A stretch of 63,986 nucleotides of DNA, counting the filler, from Conidiobolus incongruus B7586 (Eukaryota), in NCBI GenBank assembly GCA_000697335.1. It is 6 parts of 6 records of this genome, joined end to end, with 100 filler letters (N's around TTAATTAATTAA, not from the genome) between each part and the next. Parts side by side here need not be neighbours in the genome. Positions count along the whole stretch, not along the records: positions 20,973 to 49,904 come from JNEM01006074.1; 5 more parts are not named here. One strand, given 5' to 3'. This document shows positions 25,622-38,340 of the stretch, piece by piece. The position numbers were made by a program, and so were the translations under genes. The notes under the pieces are model-generated. The model made no database searches. It saw only the letters and a list, made by a program, of their open reading frames with translations, and had not been told where the DNA came from. The number at the start of each line of letters is the position of its first letter. The first letter of the stretch is position 1.

Positions 25622-28494
25622 ATGACTTTAGATGGTTACTATTTAGGTTAAGCACCATTAAATTTAACAATAAATTTTTAAAAGTTTATTTTTTATATTT
25701 TTTTCTGAAACTGATAATATGCTTGAAAGATCCGATATTAATAAATTTCTCATTTCTTCGATTCTGTGGTAATAATATTAATAAAGGTTTCTTTAATATC
25801 TTATATTTATTTTTAAATTAATATATTTAATTCAGTTAATAATTAATCAGTGAGCCAGAAAATAAATTATTTAAAAACAAATTTTATAAATTAATTTTAA
25901 TATATTTAAGACTAATAAACTTCTGATATAATCTACTCATTTTTAAGAGAATGTTTATTTAATGTTGAAATTATTTATAAAGTTGAATATATCATAAAAG
26001 AATATATTATAAATATCAAAGTATTATATTCTAAATATCTACATATATCAAAGTAAATATTAATTCAAAAAAGATAAATAAAATAAATTAATTTAATATA
26101 GAATATTAAAAGATTAGTTTAATACGGATATATTAATATATAATTTATCGGATTCAAATAAATTATATTTTTAATATTAAAGAATATCTGATAGTAAAAA
26201 TACTATATTTGAACTTGTAATTCAGTAAAGATAGGATTTTTATTTTCCTTTCGAATAATGAAATTAATGTATGAATTTATATGACAATTATAATAAATTA
26301 TATAATAAAAATATCGTTAAATTATTCAAAATTTATGATAGATTTTGTTTAATCACTTGATATAAAAAATTTCAAATAACATCGATTGAGGAGTTATATA
26401 ATAATAAATTTTAGTTAAATATAATAAACTGAATTTGAATAATTTAATAATATTTATTAAATATGAGCTTTTAGTCATATTATATGAATAATCATTGAAA
26501 ATTTAAATATGATGAAATTTATTTGAGTTTTTAATAGAAATTTTGGGATAATTTGATTTTAAAACTTATTGACTACGTTTAGCTTTGGTACTTGATCATT
26601 TATAGTAATTTAATTAGTTAAACCAAGTTTGAAAGTGAATCTATATACTTCTCAAAAATTACTTTATAAAGAGTATCACAATTACGCATATTTCCTCTTA
26701 TAGAATTAAATTAGAAAATTTTTATTTAATTGTAATGATATTCAAGCAGTCAACTTTTGTTGTATTGTTTATAAATCTTCTGGAGTTCATTTTATATATA
26801 CTAGATTCAACCTAAATCTAAACCAGTTAATAATAGACATCAATTTTTTAATGTCATTTCAAAAAATTCATGCAGTTTAATTATCTATATATCTTGGTGA
26901 ATGGTTAATTTTTAATATCATCAATTTTAGGATATTTTTCTTGAAATTGATTTATTGCAATCGTAATGATTTATTGCTTTTAATTGGGTTTATATATATA
27001 TCAATAATCATGATTTCAATTTTATAGCTTTTCAAATATTATTCAATATGATTTAATCAAGAATATACATTAATATGGTATTACGATGGTTTTATCAAAT
27101 AAACAATGTGATATATCAATCAGTTATGAATACGTTATTTAAATTATTTTATCTATTTTCTAGAAATAAAATTATATTGAGGTCCAAACATTAAGACAAT
27201 TATTAGTCAATATTATTCATTCAAATACAATAAAATTTAAAATGTTTTTAAATTATAAATTATATATATAAATCAATAGAGGAATTTTAATATATACTTA
27301 AACAAAAATATATAATTGAAACATTAATATAGTTATATAATATTTTTGATATCTATTAGATATTAATGTAATTATATAATTGAATATATTGAATTTCAAA
27401 ATTATTGCTTAAATTCAACTATTTAATCGAAATTTAATGATAATATATCTAATAAAATTCTTATAATATAAAAATCAACTTATATTAAAATCAATATTAT
27501 TGTTATATAAAATATAAAGATTTAAATATGCTTTATGTCTAAAATCATCATAATTATATATATAGAATATCCTGATATTATATATATATATATACTGAAA
27601 TAATAGACTTTATTAAATAATTTTTTAAAACAATTCATTTCCTTTTAAAACTGAGGTGAGATCAAAAGATATTTTATAACAAAATTATAGTGATAAATAA
27701 AATATATATATATAATAGAATTAAATATTTTAAATTGATTTTAAATGAATAAAATATATACAAGTGACTTCCTTTAGATCGAAATAATGCAGTATTTTAT
27801 TTATATGATTTTAAATTATTTTCATTATTCCAAGTAAGGAATCGATTTGATAATGAGATTTTTGAATCGACTGGAACAAATTATTGATTAGCCAAATTAG
27901 ACCTTATCAATATTCTATCAGTCCATGTCCAAGTGACCTCACTGTTACTCAGTCATTGCACACTTATCCCTATATATATCACATGTTACTCTGAAAAAGA
28001 GGAGTAAGTTTTTAAAAATAAATCAAACAATAAACCAAGTTAATTGTCTTTGAAATTACTTGTTTACAAAGAGTATTCATTAAAATACACATTACATTCC
28101 ATATTAGAAAAATTTTGAAACTCGTTGAGCTTTATATAGAAACTATAGCTAAATTATGACAAATGGTAAATAATTTTGTGTTATACTCTATATTATTATC
28201 AATGACAACGCACAATGAAAGCTATATATAATTTATACTACTGTTATTTTTAAATTGTTATTTTTTTAAAAACAGTTCCGAATAATTTTTGGCTGAATGT
28301 TAAAAATGTTTGAATTGAATCAATTTTTTAAAATTATTAGGCTGATTTGAAAATTAGGTTTTACTAATAAACCTAAGATTAGCATTCAATCATGATAGTT
28401 ACTTGACTATTAATTTTACAGGATATAAGCGAATATAAAAGGTGCTATACTTTAGCGGGTTTTAATATTAATATTTAATTGAGAATATTAAGAA

Positions 28495-28902
28495 ATGAAA
28501 TTAATAACTATATTAACTGGTTTGATCTCATCTGCATCTCTGTATTCAGCTACTCCATCTGAGCCATTATCTCCTCCTATTCCTTCTCCATGTCCTTATG
28601 GTCAAGAATGGGTAGAATTCCCATATGGAGGAGGTGAATGTAGACCAATTGGACCACCAGGTCCAATTGATCCAATCCCAGTTGAACCCATTGGGCCTTT
28701 CCCTGGTGGGCCTTTACCTAGACCATTACCTGGACCTATTCCTTATCCACACCCTTATCCCATTGGTATCCCTGGCCCTCACGCTATACCTCTAGCTTCA
28801 GTTCCTGCTGGAACTGCTGGTACTCCTAATATTTATAATCCCAATCAAGTTTCACATGGTAAACAAGGTCTTTTGAACAAATTGCTGTTTGGTGTATTCT
28901 AA
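28495..28902 (+). CDS. Small secreted Pro/Gly-rich protein, copy 2 (135 aa)
   Basis: Near-identical coding sequence to 25214-25621; TATAAAAGG upstream. Confidence 0.85.
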   Translation: MKLITILTGLISSASLYSATPSEPLSPPIPSPCPYGQEWVEFPYGGGECRPIGPPGPIDPIPVEPIGPFPGGPLPRPLPGPIPYPHPYPIGIPGPHAIPLASVPAGTAGTPNIYNPNQVSHGKQGLLNKLLFGVF

Positions 28903-29588
28903 ATTTGATCGATTCAAATATACTTTTCCAACCATATTATTACATACCAAATTGATAAATTTGCATTTTAATCCAATTTGAATCAATCCGGTATTGATAG
29001 TTTTTTTACCAAGAAATTTTAATAAAAATTCCTTAGTTATAAAATAGATAAATTTCAAATTGGTTTATTATTATGGGTATATCAAGTGTAATATAAAAAA
29101 TAGTTATTTTTTATTTTTTATTATTTAATAAAATTGTTCAATTGCAATTCTGATAAATTTATTTTAATATTTTTCAATTTTAAAAATTTATATAAGGTAA
29201 ACCTTTTAAAACTTTGCCACTTTTACTATGGATTCTATCCTTTATCTAGCCTTTAACATAAATTTGCTTGTAAAATCATTAGTACTGAATCATGCACCAA
29301 ACTTTGGAATTCAAAAAAAGTAAAATTATGATATATTTATTCAAATTAGATATGATGAATTAATTTAGGATTTTAATATATATAGGTATGACTATATCAA
29401 AATGAAAAGCAGTATAAGGTCGTCATATTTATTGATAATTTGAATTCATTTAAATTGATAGAAAATTTATTGATCTATTAACTAGTTTTGAGAATATGGC
29501 ACCTGTTGTGTTTTATAATATGTTTTGTAAATAAAGCTGGTTGCTAGAAAAATACTCGTAATACAATTTAGTAAATTATTTATAAGCT

Positions 29589-29690
29589 TATTTAAATGGT
29601 TGATTCAGTGAATGTTATAATCTATCAAATAGTATTGCCCTAACCATCCAATCGAAATCTACGCTTAATTTTGGAATGCAACACTATAAA
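29589..29690 (+). repeat. ~100-bp dispersed repeat, copy 1
   Basis: Aligns to 31396-31497 (AGTGAATGTTATAATCTATC...ATCCAATCGA...AATGCAACA). Confidence 0.8.
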
Positions 29691-29994
29691 TTACGTTATT
29701 TTAAAATTTATTATTGCATTAGTAAAAAAAATACAAATTAATATATAAATTTGAAAGAATTTAATATGGAACAAATAAACTGTAATTCATGGTAAAATGA
29801 ATTTTTATTACTATTAGCATGATAGTGAAAAATTATAAAATTAAATGTTTAGACTGATTTATTTTAGAGCTATTATGATTTTAAAAATATTTATTAAATT
29901 CTTGTAAGTTATATACATTATAAAATATTAAAATGATAATTAACGGATTAAAGGATAGATGAGTAAGTTCAGCCTTTGGTACTTGGTAAGTGCT

Positions 29995-30753
29995 TTATAT
30001 CACAGATAGTAGAGGACCTGTTTCTCCTGATAAGACTGTACGTGGATGCTGTTGCGTAGCAGGGTTCGGTACTACCAATTGTGTGGAGGGTGTGCCCACG
30101 GTTACTACCTGAGGTTGGGCGGCCTGCTGAACCTGAGGCTGAGGGTTTATTGTTGTTTCAAGAATTACTGGAGGTGAATTAGTTGTTTGCAAGAATGTTG
30201 GTACTGATCCTGATTGAGGTAGAGAAACAATTTGGGGAATTGTATTGGTTCCTGAACCAGGTTGTTGGTAAGGACGACAGGGAAAATCTTCTCCAAAACC
30301 TAATGGATCGCAATGATATTGAGAATCATGATGATGGTGATGATGTTTTTTGTGCTTCCTCTCTTTATCCTCATCGTCTTCGTCATTGTCATCGTCATCG
30401 TCATCAGAAGCTGTTTCGATAATAATTCGAGGTGCGCTATCATCTCTGTCTTTTTCTTTATGGCTATATTCTATCTCTTTTGCCTCCTCTTTAGGAACTA
30501 GAACATATTTCGAATTATCAAAATCTAATACATTTTCATTAATAATCTTTTTATCAGGATGTTCATAAACATCTATAATTTTTGGGTCTGAAGGAGGAAC
30601 TGGCTGATTGGGAGTATTGGGAGTATTGGGAGTATTGGGAGTATTGGGAGCATTGGGAACATCAGGAGTATTTGCTTCAATTGGCCTCGAGTATACAAGA
30701 CCCAGCAAGTTTATACCATAATACAATAAATGAGATTTATTTGCAAATTTCAT
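29995..30753 (-). CDS. Secreted low-complexity protein (252 aa from ATG at 30753)
   Basis: Signal-peptide-like start MKFANKSHLLYYGINLLGLVYS, (PNT)n repeat, Asp/Glu tract, His run, one Cys pair, Gln/Pro/Thr-rich tail. Confidence 0.8.
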   Translation of the reverse strand: MKFANKSHLLYYGINLLGLVYSRPIEANTPDVPNAPNTPNTPNTPNTPNQPVPPSDPKIIDVYEHPDKKIINENVLDFDNSKYVLVPKEEAKEIEYSHKEKDRDDSAPRIIIETASDDDDDDNDEDDEDKERKHKKHHHHHHDSQYHCDPLGFGEDFPCRPYQQPGSGTNTIPQIVSLPQSGSVPTFLQTTNSPPVILETTINPQPQVQQAAQPQVVTVGTPSTQLVVPNPATQQHPRTVLSGETGPLLSVI

Positions 30754-31395
30754 ACTAATAATTAAAACCAAACAAATGGTTTAACTCATGCCATGAGTAG
30801 TGGCATTTATAAACTACTTAACATTCAGCCTCATACAATATGTAATATTTCCATTCAATTCCTTCAGCCTTCTAAATTCCTTTTTTCAGCTTTCAATTAC
30901 AAAACCAAATTACTAATCATTTCTATATTTAGTAATTTTACGAGCCTTTTGTAAAGTAAAACTTTTTAAAATAAAATTAAGTAATATGATTGGTGTAGGA
31001 ATGAAAATATTTTAAATGATGATTAATTCAAAATAAAAGCTCAATAAAGTGTTAATATACCATCCATATGATAATATAAAACATATCTAATACTTTATCT
31101 CAAATTTAATTTCAATATTGACAATAACTCAAAATTTTTCAAAGGATTTATCACCTATCCACATATCAATTTAATTATATCAACAAAACAATCACTATAA
31201 CAATATTGTAAATACATATTGAGAAAATACTAGCTAAAAATATTAATGAACGATGAATAAATTATAAATGTACAATTGAATATTGAAAAAAAAGTTGAAT
31301 GATTTCAATTTTATAGTGAAAATTATTATTATTATTGTTAATGTTGTTGTGATTTATAATAAGATTTTTCAAAAAAAACACGGTTGATAATAAAT

Positions 31396-31497
31396 TATTT
31401 AAATAGTTAATTTAGTGAATGTTATAATCTATCGAACTGTATTGACTTAACTATCCAATCGAGATGGACAGGTAATTTTGAAATGCAACATTATAAT
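31396..31497 (+). repeat. ~100-bp dispersed repeat, copy 2, followed by an (ATT)n tract
   Basis: Direct repeat of 29589-29690. Confidence 0.8.
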
Positions 31498-32477
31498 TAT
31501 TATTATTATTATTATTATTATTTATTATTTATTATTAGGTAATCTAAAATATAAATAGCTGAAAAATAAGAAATATCAATACAATTGAATATGAATGAAG
31601 ATTATTCAAATGATAATATCGTTATAATGCAAAATCAACTAAATATTTATCTTGATATGTTGTTTCACAAATTTTAAAAGTTTTATTAAATATCAAAAAA
31701 ATTGAAATTTTATATTTGGTAAATTTATAAATATAAATCTAATAAGATTAAAATTGAAAATAAATATCCTTGACTATATGTCATATGATATTCCTAACTC
31801 AGTCTTAAAAATTGAATTGAATAATAAATAATTTTAAACTATCAAATTATCGCTATATTTTCCTTAATTTATGATAAAAAGAAATTATCTGTCAACTCAA
31901 GTTAAAAATTTTACTAAAAAATATTATTGAAATATACCATATTTCACAATTAATTTATTAAAAATTTGATATTTAATATTAATTTGTATATTATATATAA
32001 ATATATCCATCTATATATTAAATTTTGAATTAATTTTTATTAATATTTTATAAATTTCAATAGTGGAACAAAATAATTAGAATTGAATATATCACTATAA
32101 TTATGTGGAATATCTTGAATATATAATAATAATAATAATAATCAAAATTCAATTTTTATTTTATTTAATTTTGATAATCATATGAATAATTTATCAATAT
32201 ATATTAGTTTATGATAGTTGAAAATGAATTAGAAATTGATAGATATATTTGAAATATCAACATTTTCTCAATTTTGTATATTATTTTATAATCTCATTAT
32301 TGTTATATATTTAACCATTAAATAGTGATAATTAAAGTGGTCACAAATTCTAAAGAACGATCAATGGAATTCTTATATTAATATTTTAGTTCAACTTAAT
32401 TGACCGAATAGTAAAGTTGAACACCTAAAGACATTGAATTGAATATTTTGAAATTCAAAGCTATGTTTGAATGGTAT

Positions 32478-32805
32478 TAATATGTGCTAAGAAAGCGGTG
32501 TTTGGATTAGTTAATAAGAGAGAGATCTGGGGAATTCTAGGTATTTGTTAGAGAGGAGGGTTTTATTGGTTTAAGGTAAATGACTGGGAAAACCCAGATC
32601 GAGCACTTATACTTGAGGATAGTTGTAACTCAGGGTTTTATGTAGAGTAAATGGGATAAACAAATTTATGCGTTCTTCTGTGGCTTGTATCATCATCCAA
32701 TTAAAAGATTGAGCTGAAGTGGCTAATCTTGCGAGGGGAGAATAACCCTTATATTGGGTTGATGTAAGTATAATTGGTAGCAGAGGAGTCACCTGACTCG
32801 AGGCA
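32478..32805 (-). mobile_element. Solo LTR, family A copy 3
   Basis: Colinear with copies 1 and 2; flanks GTAT/ATAT. Confidence 0.8.
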
Positions 32806-33171
32806 ATATTATCAGTCATCATAACTGATGAATACTTAATTTGATTGGAGTGTTAACTTTGATTTAATTAAATAATAAATTAGTTTACCCATAAATACAA
32901 AAAATCAATCTGTTTTGAAAATAGAAAGATAGGATATAGATAAGAATAGCATATATGATATAACTTGATAAAATATTATAATATACTTCATTTAATCGTT
33001 AGTAATCAAAAAATTAATTTCTTAGCCTGATATTAAAAAATATTTTAATATATTTTAACATTACAATTATGAACAAATTTAATATTTCTAATTAATTGGT
33101 ACGATTGATGAATAACCAATAAAGGACAAGTTTATAAATATAAATAAATGAATTTGATAATGTTTGACTAT

Positions 33172-33217
33172 TGACGTCAGTGAAATGGCCTAGTCTCCAT
33201 TTTGAGAAGTATAAATA
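33172..33217 (+). promoter_or_regulatory. CRE (TGACGTCA) plus TATA box of the methyltransferase gene
   Basis: Perfect palindrome at 33172-33179; TATAAATA at about 33210; ATG at 33288. Confidence 0.5.
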
Positions 33218-33287
33218 AGGATGAAATAATGATTCAATTCTGCAAGTTCATATTTTAAGAAAATAATTAAAAAGAAATAAGATTAAC

Positions 33288-34298
33288 ATGATTAATAACG
33301 ATAATGTGTTAGCCAAATCTATGGTAGATTATAATGATAATTCCAATTTTCAAAATATTTGCAATAAAAGAGCTGAAAAGTTATTTGAAAAATACTTATC
33401 GAATACCATGAACCAATCTCAATTGAATATTGGAGATTTGGGATGCAGTCATGGTAAAAATTCGATGATTTTGATTAATAAAATTTTGGATTGCTTAGTT
33501 CAAAGTAATTCTAAAATTGATGAAATTTCTATAATACATGAAGATCTACCTGAAAATGACTTTGAATTGGTACGAAAGTGTGTTGAAGATCGCAATATAG
33601 GGTATTTACACCATTCTCTTTCCAGTCATACCAAATTGACTCCCATTATGGTTGGTAAATCTTTCTATCAAAATATCAAGCCAGAGAATGTGGGCCCTTT
33701 AGATATTGTTTTCAGTTTAAATACTCTCCACTGGCTGCCATCTAAACCTTGCAACGTAACTCGAGGGCTTCATCCTAATGAGAGATCACTGTCAGAATCT
33801 GATAAAAAATTATTTGAAGAATTTGCTGTGGATCTACTGGTCCAATTCATGAAATATCGATATGAGGAGATGAGATCGGGGGGCTACTTATTCTTCAATA
33901 TCCATAGAAAGGCAAATATCTTCGACACTGAAGATGATATTTGGGACGAGCACTTGAAAGCTCATAATTTATCACACGACACTTTCAAAAGTTTAATGAT
34001 GCCAGTTTACTGTCGTTCGGAAGCCGAAGTACGTCGTGCTTTTGATAAGGTTCAAGATCTTTTTGAACTCGTCCACTTTGAAGAAGAGACCGATGGAGGA
34101 CCTTCTTTCGACATTGGTATTGTAAGAGCTGCTCATCGTATTCAAGTGATCAATGGATTGAAACCTTATCAAAATCAATTCCAAAGTGAAGATCATTTAA
34201 TTCAGTTCGTGGATGAATATTTCGATAGATTAGGTGTTTGGCTTCAATCTAACACTGCATGGGTCAGTAACTTTTGGGTTGTTTTGAAAAAGAGATAA
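33288..34298 (+). CDS. SABATH-family (Methyltransf_7) SAM-dependent carboxyl methyltransferase, 336 aa
   Basis: Motifs YNDNSNFQ, IGDLGCSHGKNS, EDLPENDF, VGKSFY, FSLNTLHWL, RYEEMRSGG, PVYCRSEAEV match the SABATH motif series. Confidence 0.88.
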   Translation: MINNDNVLAKSMVDYNDNSNFQNICNKRAEKLFEKYLSNTMNQSQLNIGDLGCSHGKNSMILINKILDCLVQSNSKIDEISIIHEDLPENDFELVRKCVEDRNIGYLHHSLSSHTKLTPIMVGKSFYQNIKPENVGPLDIVFSLNTLHWLPSKPCNVTRGLHPNERSLSESDKKLFEEFAVDLLVQFMKYRYEEMRSGGYLFFNIHRKANIFDTEDDIWDEHLKAHNLSHDTFKSLMMPVYCRSEAEVRRAFDKVQDLFELVHFEEETDGGPSFDIGIVRAAHRIQVINGLKPYQNQFQSEDHLIQFVDEYFDRLGVWLQSNTAWVSNFWVVLKKR

Positions 34299-34656
34299 AT
34301 ATATTAAGTTATCTTAATTATTAAAAGTTTTAATGGTGAATTAATATTTTAATCGATTGTCAAAATATATTGACAAATATTGAATGAAAAAGTTATGAAA
34401 ATTGTTTGGGTTTAATAAAACCTTTGTTTATTACATTTTATACTCAAAAATATATAATTGGAATTAAATTTTGAATGGTTGATTATTTTTATATAATGAT
34501 CAATAGATTTGAATAATAGACATAATAGAAAAATATAACAATATCTAATATACATCCTATTTAAATATTTTAGTAGTTCTAATTTACGAAATTTTTATTG
34601 AATACCTATAAATTTAATTAAAACAAAGAAATTGTAATAATTTGACTATTTTTAAA

Positions 34657-34682
34657 ATATATATATATATATATATATATAT
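34657..34682. repeat. (AT)13 microsatellite
   Basis: Read directly. Confidence 0.9.
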
Positions 34683-34942
34683 CATATAATTATTGTTAAA
34701 ATTTTATTGTATACAATTTGTATAACTTATGTAATTTATATAATTTATTTATTTAAGACCAAACATTTATGATATAAAAATTTAATATAATTTCAACTTG
34801 GAAATATAAACTAAACTCAGAAATAAATTTCAAGATTGAATTAATTTTTACCAAATACTTCTCAGTTCAAAAAGAGTGGATTGCATTATAAGCTATATTC
34901 AATCTTATATATTTTTTAATTGAATAGATATTTATATAGTAT

Positions 34943-35264
34943 TGTTACGAGAGAGGAGTCTCTACTCCCATCAAGCATCCTTAAATCAATTCAATGTAAA
35001 AACCATCCGTCCCACACATACGGATTCACTTTATTGGTTGATTGGCAATTCAGCCAAGCCATCAGAGTAACTCCAAAATCACTTTACCTCACCTAAATTA
35101 TAGCAATTCAAAATTTGGATGATTCATACTAAGTTCAATCGGATCTAGGTCCTCTCCGCTATTTGAGAAAATAAAACTCTCTTTCAACTCACCTTTTAGC
35201 CGAATATCCCATATCAATTTCCTTTACTAATTTTGATCAGAGCACTGCTTTCTCTGTTAGTATA
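34943..35264 (+). mobile_element. Solo LTR, diverged family A relative in the opposite orientation
   Basis: Starts TGTTACGAG; GATCTAGGTCCTCTCCGCTA matches the reverse complement of family A; flanks GTAT/ATAT. Confidence 0.65.
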
Positions 35265-35640
35265 ATATCAAAGATAATTCAAAAATATCAATTTTCTAAT
35301 TAATACATTTATATATTGATAAGTAGATCGAAATTGTAAACTATTTTTTTAGTATTAGATATATAAAGAAATCAAAGTGTATACTTTCCATTTGAATACA
35401 TATATTATAAATATACATTTTAATATCAATATCAACTTATCAATTAAATGATTACTGAAAATAGATATTCAAATATAATACTATTAATCTGATTTTATTC
35501 AAATCTTTGGCTGATAAAAATATTCCAAATATATTCATAATCAAATGATTTTTTTAGATTTATACTTATGAAAAGATTTTATATAAGCATAACTAATCCA
35601 AAGTATAAATTTACCAGGATTTTAACCAATCTTTAATATA

Positions 35641-36905
35641 TTAAGTTATAATATTATTAAGATACTCAATCAATGCTACTACATAGAATATAAAATGTAT
35701 ATCAAATTGGAGTGGTATATTATGAGATAAAAACAAAGAGAATATATACCCCTCCAAAGGTGAACTAATTGCATGTGAAATACAGGTTATTGTGTTTGAA
35801 TTGCTTTTTACGAGTCCTGATATAGAACTTGGAGAGACTAAATTATCTAGTAAAACTTTATATGAATTAAATGCAAACATCCATATCATGAAATGGATTA
35901 TAAAAAAAGCTGAAACTAAATTCTTGCTCCAAAAAGATTCAAGCAATATAATAGAGGATATGAAAGGTGTCAATACATAGTATCATGAAAAATCAGCAAA
36001 TTTACTGATAAATTTTAATATATCCAGTTTTCACTTGACTTATGCAAATGCTGTAAATTGGATTAAATATAGAAATTCTTTGGCATGCATGAAACTTGCA
36101 AAATCAATAGTATCAAGACTTAAACCACCTTCGCTCACCAGCAGCTTCCTAGAATATATTAATTCGTCGAACATGACAATAAATAATAGAAGTGTTGCTT
36201 TGCTGAGGATACAAATCCTGTGCTAAGCGGGATCGATTGTTTTACTTCAATATTTGATGTTTCAGCGTAAGTAGTTATCTTGGCAGTACTACAGTGTTTT
36301 GGTAGATCGATAGCTATTCCATTGTGATTAGACTCATTAACTAAATGAGTAGTGTGATAATTATTGGATTTCTTAGATTTTGAACCTTCTTTTAAGAAAA
36401 TATTATCAAATATTAGTGAAGAGATACTCAGTTTAGCATCCATTGAACATAATAAAAAGTATGTGAATTTCGTCTCAGTAATTAAATTGTGAACAATAAG
36501 CTAGGCGAAAGTTATGAAGCTTTGAATAAGAACCCACTCAGTCAGGGCTTAATAAAGGAGTTGAATGCCAAACTAAGAGCCATATTGTCCAAAATTATAA
36601 GTATATTGTTTTTAATCTATAAGTTCCTTACCAATCGAGATCACCACGCCAATATTGCCATTGAGAATGCTACTCATACTTCAATTGATCAATGCCAAAG
36701 TTTAGTTGGGACTCGATCCACAAATTAACGAACAGATTATAGAACAAAATAAACTCACCAAAATAGCTGGTTTATTTCTAATGCTATCGGATAAAAATTC
36801 CCCACAGAATGGATGTAGAGGCTTCACTAATTTCACAGTAATTAGAATACCTAATAAAGTTGGAATTTCAGTTTCGTCCTTGACAATTCTAAAATTAATT
36901 ATCAT
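35641..36905 (-). pseudogene. MFS transporter pseudogene 1 (paralogue of 41946-43503)
   Basis: Fragments LSDSIRNKPAILVSLF, LNGNIGVVISI and GYIFS..FDIHFIFYVVALI are separated by frameshifts and stops. Confidence 0.85.
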
Positions 36906-37219
36906 TGAAATGATATAATCATTAATTAAACAATGAAATATTAAGTAATGAAAAAATTCAAAAAATTTGCAACCTTTGTATGAAATAATGTTTACAATTA
37001 TTAATAAAAGACATTTTTATTAAAAAAAATTTAATAATTTCATTTAATTGAAATATTATATTAACATAGTTTTCGAAGTTCTCTAATTCCAATAAAAACT
37101 AATTACTTTGAGTGTATTCGCCTTAATTTTTGCATTAACATCATTGAAATTTTTAAATTGCTTTCACACATAGCGGTCATTTGATAGCCCATAATTCTTG
37201 AAGTCAAACTAGTTCATAT

Positions 37220-38340
37220 TTAAAGAGTATGGTGGGCTTGGAAATCAAGCCCTTCTTTTTGATTTAATAAGGTCTTTGTAAATGTTTGATTTATGCAGCT
37301 AGGTGTTATTATGAATGATTTGAATCCTTTGAATCTAATATAATTAGCATTATTTTGTATAACTTTCTCTAAAAGTGTATTATATATCATATTATATAGG
37401 AAGATCCTTAGTGGTGCTAATAGTATAAAACATATTACTTTAAAATCAAAACGAATAATTAAAAGATTTTTATGAATATTTAATAATAAAAAATAAGATT
37501 TGGCCGTTAAAATAAACATACATTAGGTTATTGAAAAAGTAATGGTGTACAAAAGAATATCAGTTTTTATCAATAGTAGCAATAAGTTTTAATCTCCTTA
37601 GAGTTGTTTATTTCTTTTGAAGCTTTAAGTTGCTATATTTATTAATTAAGAAACTAATGTTATTTAGTATATTATTTGATAGCTTTTCAATCCTATTCTA
37701 CTTTTCAATACAAAATAATTAAACCTATATATAATATTCAATCTCCAAAATATATCTTATGAAAATTATAATTTTTTTACAAATTTGCATTTTGTGTATA
37801 TTTATTAATATCGATTGATTGTGAAGGCCAGTCTTAGACTTATCTTGGATGAAGTATTATTTTAGTTTAAGTTTTTTTACACAATGATAAATATTACCAA
37901 CAGAAAGAACCATTTTTCGATATATTTTCACTATATCATAATGAATTTTGCTTTAAAGTATATTCAAAAAATAACTAAATATCATTAGAGATCTTTGATG
38001 TAATTCATCTATGATACAATAGTTCAAGACAATATAAGTTATTTATAATAGATTATGTAGCCCATCGATGGCATTGATATTAAATATTCTCAATTTATGC
38101 AAAGTGTTGGGTTATTTGATAGCGGGGTATATATATAGAACAGATGAGGTAAAATCTCAGTTTATCTTTTATTCTATGTTAATTGGACAATAGAAATTTT
38201 ATATTTCGAAATTTTTGTCATAATCTGAAAAATGTAAATTAGTATATCCATTAAAAAAATAAAAGGAATCACCATTGTAAATCCAATATGATTAACAGGT
38301 TGAAATATAATAAATAAATGAAGGATATGGCGAAGCTATA
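37220..38340 (-). pseudogene. Highly decayed MFS transporter pseudogene 2
   Basis: PYP...VNHIGFTMVIPFI near 38260-38330 matches PYP...VEPIAFTMVFPFM; the ORF at 37220-37519 (YNTLL...SCINQTF...GLDFQAHHTL) resembles the MFS C-terminus. Confidence 0.55.

Noticed and set aside
32478..35264. SABATH gene captured inside an LTR element
   Set aside because: The flanking LTRs are inverted, diverged and separately flanked by TSD-like repeats.
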